Below, in pieces: positions 59,813-64,000 of a stretch of 64,000 nucleotides of DNA (the stretch's first letter is position 1; the number at the start of each line of letters is the position of its first letter). The position numbers and the translations under genes were made by a program. This stretch comes from Fonticula-like sp. SCN 57-25 (lineage: Eukaryota), in assembly GCA_001724245.1 (NCBI GenBank), contig MEDX01000019.1, positions 1 through 64,000 on the forward strand, read 5' to 3'. The notes under the pieces are model-generated. The model saw only the letters and a program-made list of their open reading frames with translations, was not told where the DNA came from and did no database searches.

Positions 59813-60304
59813 CTAAGCCGACTTTGACTTTTGACGCGCCGGGAACGGAACGTCGACGGACGCCATGCGGACGAGGAGCAGCAGCGGGACAAAGAAAAAG
59901 ATGAGGTAGAGCGGGGCGACGCGCATCTTGTTCTCGATCGACATGTCGGACGCAACAATGTGCGCGACGCACGGGATGACGGTCGTCATGACATGCGCCG
60001 AGTAGATGATGGCCGGCATCCTGATCCAGTTTTTGCGCGCGAGCAGCGCATAGACAGCAATAAAGAAGAAGGGCAGCTGCACGATGGCCTCGGTGAGGAG
60101 CAGGCTGTGCATCCACGGCTCGGGTGCGGTCAGGGTCGTGTCCTGCGACGCCGCAGTGTACTCGAGCACCGCCTGGCGCAGGAAAGTGGGAAAGTGCTCA
60201 TCAAGGAACCAGTTGGGAAGGACGCCTTGAATGTCGGCGGTCAGACTCACGATGATGTGGAGCACAAAGTAGGGCACAAACACCCAGCGATCAAGCCAGG
60301 ACAT
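59813..60304 (-). CDS. TMEM97: EXPERA-domain protein, TMEM97/sigma-2 receptor-like; intronless
   Basis: Four TM segments, YFVLHI..ADIQ, EAIVQLPFF..YAL, IIYSAHVMTT, YLIFFFVPLLL, C-terminal KSKSA (KxKxx ER retrieval). Confidence 0.85.
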   Translation of the reverse strand: MSWLDRWVFVPYFVLHIIVSLTADIQGVLPNWFLDEHFPTFLRQAVLEYTAASQDTTLTAPEPWMHSLLLTEAIVQLPFFFIAVYALLARKNWIRMPAIIYSAHVMTTVIPCVAHIVASDMSIENKMRVAPLYLIFFFVPLLLLVRMASVDVPFPARQKSKSA

Positions 60305-60460
60305 GGCGCGCGCGTTGGTGGGGTAGCAGCGGTCGAAAATATGGCCTGATGATCCAAGTGATCGTTGATTCCCTTTCACTTGGCGTTCACTGCAATGTTC
60401 CAAATACTAGGCACGTGATATTGATCACATGATTCATTTGCATCACGCCAGTCGGCTAAA

Positions 60461-60501
60461 GAGTTGGCAAATGGCGAGTTGGCAAATGGAGAGTTGGCAA
60501 A
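60461..60501. repeat. 15-bp tandem repeat in divergent promoter
   Basis: gagttggcaaatggc, gagttggcaaatgga, gagttggcaaa. Confidence 0.85.
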
Positions 60502-60613
60502 AGGCTTGCCGATTGCCAGTTGGCTACAGCGCGCGTCTTTTGTAGTGTTCTTTGCTCTGAGCTCGTCGGGCGGCAGAGACGGCTTTTGGAGGAAAATCAA
60601 TAGCGCAGACGCG

Positions 60614-62767
60614 ATGGCGAAGCGGCTGATCAGGAAAGCGACTGTTAAGACGCACAGTAGTTGGGTATGACGTTGTTTCTTCTTCTCACGGCGTGCTGTT
60701 GGTCTGGCGCTGATTGGGTTTTCAGATGGAAGGGTGCGCCATTTCCCCGGATGGCAAATTTGTGGCAACTGGCAGTGATGACTTTACGCTCTGCATCACC
60801 GATATTTCCACGCGGGAAAAGGTGTACACAGTGCAGTATGGTGGTGAACATGTACGTGCCTGGATGTCCGCTCTAGTTCTGATCCTCGCGTTCAAGGTGT
60901 ATGGTGTCGCGTGGTCGCCCGATGGGACGCGCCTTGTCGCTGTGACGGGCTACATAGGCGTCAACGGGGGGGGCACTGTCATCGAAGTTACAAACAACAA
61001 TGCTCATTCGGCCGTGTACGAGAACAAGCATGAGGTAAGCATCTCTGGGCCGTTCTTACGTTGCTCATTACGTGTCTAGTTGTCTGGATGCGCGTTTAGC
61101 CCAAGCGGTATCCTTGCCATCGGTGGGTTTGATCGGGCAGTGACTCTCTTAAACCCGTCCAACAACTATGCAGTTGTGCAGAAACTAACCGGATTGGCTA
61201 GTATTGTGCGTTGCCAAATAATTACCGTTTTTACTCACAATTGACTGTGCAGGTGAACCGTCTTGCCTTTTCTCCTGACGGTAATCTGCTTGCGGTGGGC
61301 TGCACTAAAGGCCACATATACGTTTATCGACTGACCAGAGGCAGGTGGGCAGAAGTAACAATTTTGAAGCATTATTCAATTAGTGTACGATACTTGCATT
61401 GCTATTTTAATTTGCGTAGCTGATTAATACTAGATAACGTCCCTATGCTTTAGTCCCTCTGGCCGCATGCTATTGGCTACAAGTGAACGCATGACTGCTT
61501 CCATCTGGGATGTTCCATCTGGGATGTTCCATCTGGAACCAGGTGGATATCTGCTCCTTGCGTAAAACTGGACGATGTGCAGAATGTACGAGTTCCCGCG
61601 TATATTAAGTTTGCCCTTCCATTCGGCGGCGGTGCCTTCTTTGAAGATGACTTTGTCGTCACTGGTTCATATGGTAAATCTCTCTGCATTTGGCGCACCT
61701 CTGATGGAAAGCAGACTGCAAAATACGACTGTGACGCAGTGGTATGTCACTCGCTAGTCTATTCTGATTGCTTATTCCTATGGTTTCCAGGTAACGTCAT
61801 TGTCGTATCATGCTGGGTCTGGTACCATTGTAGCTAGTCTTTTCGATGGTCGCGTTGAATTTTGGGAACAATTCGTCCTACCCGCTCATGCGTGCGTCCG
61901 CGAGCGGCTGGCGGAGGCGCAGGCGCAAGTCAAGGTAATCGAAGCGTCACTTGAGAAAGTAGACGATGGATTACATCAGCAAATGTCACGTGAGCAGGAA
62001 CTGAAGCAATCCATCTCCGACCTTGAAGCCAAACGTACGAACTTCATGTCACGCAAAAGTTACGCCACGTAGGCTTTCTCATTTATTTCAATTGTATAGT
62101 GGCGAGCGAGCAGCAAACACTCAAGACACTACAAACTGACGAGTATATTGCACAGTCGCGTGAACTTACTATGCTGAAGGAGTGGCATAGTGATCTGCTC
62201 GGTATCATTCATGTGTGCACGCAGACACTTGACAGCTTGACGGATTGTCTGCTGGTTTCTGGATTGGAGGACCTTCGCGGGGATGCCTTCAAGGAGTGGC
62301 TGTGCGATATTGGCATGCACGACCTGCAAACTGTATTGAAGGACACGAATGGGAGCATGCTGACGATGCGCAACGTGGAAAACGTGATGGAGTATGGTGT
62401 GTCATTCCAAGATGCCGCCGCTCTTCAACTGCGCGGCTACATTGCACATTACAAGCTGAGTGATGACAGCACATTTGCCCCGCCGAGTGATAGTATTCTG
62501 TCGTGGAACGAAGCGCAAACGGCGGACTGGATTAAGACTCTGGATGACCAGTACGACTCGCTCGCTGCTGGAGGCTTGCACGGCGCGGCGCTCTGCTCGA
62601 TGTCATCTATGCGCGTGGTTGATATTAGCAAGGGCGCCCTTAATGCCCCCGACGCCGTCAAGTTTATCGAACTGGTGCGTGAAAAGCGAAGGGAGGTGGA
62701 CGGCGACAAGGACCCGTGGGTGGCCAAGTGGAGTGGGGCGAGTACAATTGATAACCAAGCTGCCTAG
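60614..62767 (+). CDS. WD40 propeller - coiled coil - tandem SAM-like protein; frameshifted at about 61499-61536 (possible pseudogene)
   Basis: WD40 blades (CAISPDGKFVATGSDD, VAWSPDG, LAFSPDGNLLAVG, LCFSPSG), coiled coil, and SAM-like FKEWLCDIGM..NGSML and WNEAQTADWI..LHGAAL. As assembled, the exon starting at 61434 hits TAA at 61563. Confidence 0.75.
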
Positions 62768-62825
62768 CGCCCTCCTCCTTCTTTCAATGTAGTACAGTTT
62801 ATTATCCTTTTCTCTTTCAGTCTAT

Positions 62826-62871
62826 CTTTATCTAGTCCACTTTATCTAGTCTACTTTATCTAGTCTACTTT
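62826..62871. repeat. 14-bp tandem repeat x3
   Basis: ctttatctagtcca, ctttatctagtcta, ctttatctagtcta, cttt. Confidence 0.85.
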
Positions 62872-63478
62872 CGGAATACAATAATTAATAAGACTATCAC
62901 GACTTCCATTATACTATGCCGCCTATGCGATTCCGCCGGGCACGCGTCAATAGTGACCTAAGAAGGCGCGCGCAGCGCTCACAGCCACCATGAGTTGTGC
63001 GCTAAAGTATGCGTGACAACCGCGCTGCATACAGAGCACACTCATATTCGTTTCGGTCGTCTCGCGCCATTCGGGGCCGCCGCGGCGGCCGCCAGCCGCC
63101 GCCGCCGCCGCGCCCAATCAGAATCAGAAACGATTTTGGCTTCAACGCAACATCGTGCAGTCCGCGGCAGATATAATACTACAATATTACCGCGTATACT
63201 GAATGGCGCCGGTCGCTGCCGTGTACTTGGATGCCCATCGGGTTATTTGCTCTGCTGCGCCAGGTCCGGCGTTCGGCACAAAACAATCAACAAGGTTGCC
63301 GCAGTGCTGCGCCGGAGCGGGAGCGCGTCCAAGAAAGGAAACGTCACGATCAAGTTGCAATCGGCCTGGGTGGTCTTTCATTTTTTACACACAAATCGCC
63401 GAGCAATTATGAAAGGTCACGAGCCGGCTCTGCCCGACCCCTCGGCAGTGCCTTTTGTGCTCCACGTCGATCGTCGGG

Positions 63479-64000
63479 ATGGCGCAGCGACTCGTCAAGA
63501 AGGCGACTATTCAGCCGCACACACAGGATGTGCGTCGCGCTTCTCCCGCCGCGCTTGATCTGACGGTTGCTTGCAGGTGTTTGGGTGTGAGATTTCCCCC
63601 GACGGCACGCTGGTTGCGACCGGCAGCTATGACAACTCGCTCTGTATTACCAATACTGCCACGCAGGCAAGGGTGTACAAGGTCGAGTGTGATAATCACG
63701 TACGTGCGTGGATGTCTGCGATTGCTCTGACCATCGCGTAGGTGTATGGTGTCGCCTGGGCGCCCGACGGCAAGCGCCTCGTCGCCGTGACGGGCCACAT
63801 GAGGAACGAGGCGGGCTCGGTCATCCAGGTCACCAACAACAAGGCGCACGCGACTGTGTACACGACCAAGGCGCACGTACGCATCATGATGGTCGGGGCA
63901 ATCGCGCTCACCCTTGCGTAGCTGTTTGGATGCGCGTTCAGCAGCAGCGGCATCCTCGTTGTCGGCGGCGATGACAAGGCAGTGACGCTCTTGGACCCGT
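63479..64000 (+). CDS. Tandem paralog of the WD40(-SAM) gene; partial, runs off window
   Basis: MAQRLVKKATIQPH/GCEISPDGTLVATGSYDNSLCIT/VYGVAWAPDGKRLVAVTG aligns with the 60614 gene and has the same intron positions. Confidence 0.85.

Noticed and set aside
62995-63412. ORFs between the WD40 paralogs
   Set aside because: Non-ATG or motif-free ORFs over a promoter-like region with a CCAAT box.

Overview
Gene-dense eukaryotic nuclear DNA, not prokaryotic. It has GC-rich exons, many short (about 40-60 nt) and some longer T-rich (about 150-220 nt) spliceosomal introns with GTACG/GTGCG donors, and about 28 protein-coding genes, many in head-to-head pairs with tiny shared promoters rich in CACGTG E-boxes and CCAAT boxes. 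Gene content mixes fungal-type features (PFK with an N-terminal VOC-like Pfk_N domain, mitochondrial Hsp78-type ClpB, Pib1/Upa1-like FYVE-RING, PSP1) with GPR137-like, PTTG1IP-like and single-pass receptor-kinase genes. This suggests a unicellular opisthokont protist, possibly holomycotan (inference only). Housekeeping genes include MCAD, a CPT2-like transferase, NCLX/CCX, RRS1, NOG2, PRP18, PFK, an SLC25 carrier and TMEM97. The most unusual items, all from manual splicing and motif reading, are: (1) an Ankyrin-DysF-MIT-FYVE-zinc finger-RING protein; (2) an F-box fused to a DTW (tRNA acp3U transferase) domain; (3) a secreted, probably GPI-anchored protein with four SodC-like domains, two intact and two degenerate; (4) a giant receptor pseudokinase with a DNRLRE/CBM96-like tip and about 21 HormR-like repeats; (5) a Kelch-FN3-chromo-barrel protein; (6) an intronless Cys-His-Asp NAT/transglutaminase-like gene in a lower-GC patch; (7) a WD40-SAM gene frameshifted by a 14-bp slippage duplication beside its tandem paralog. 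I recognised no rRNA, tRNA, CRISPR or transposon. Exon boundaries are manual and need RNA-seq confirmation.
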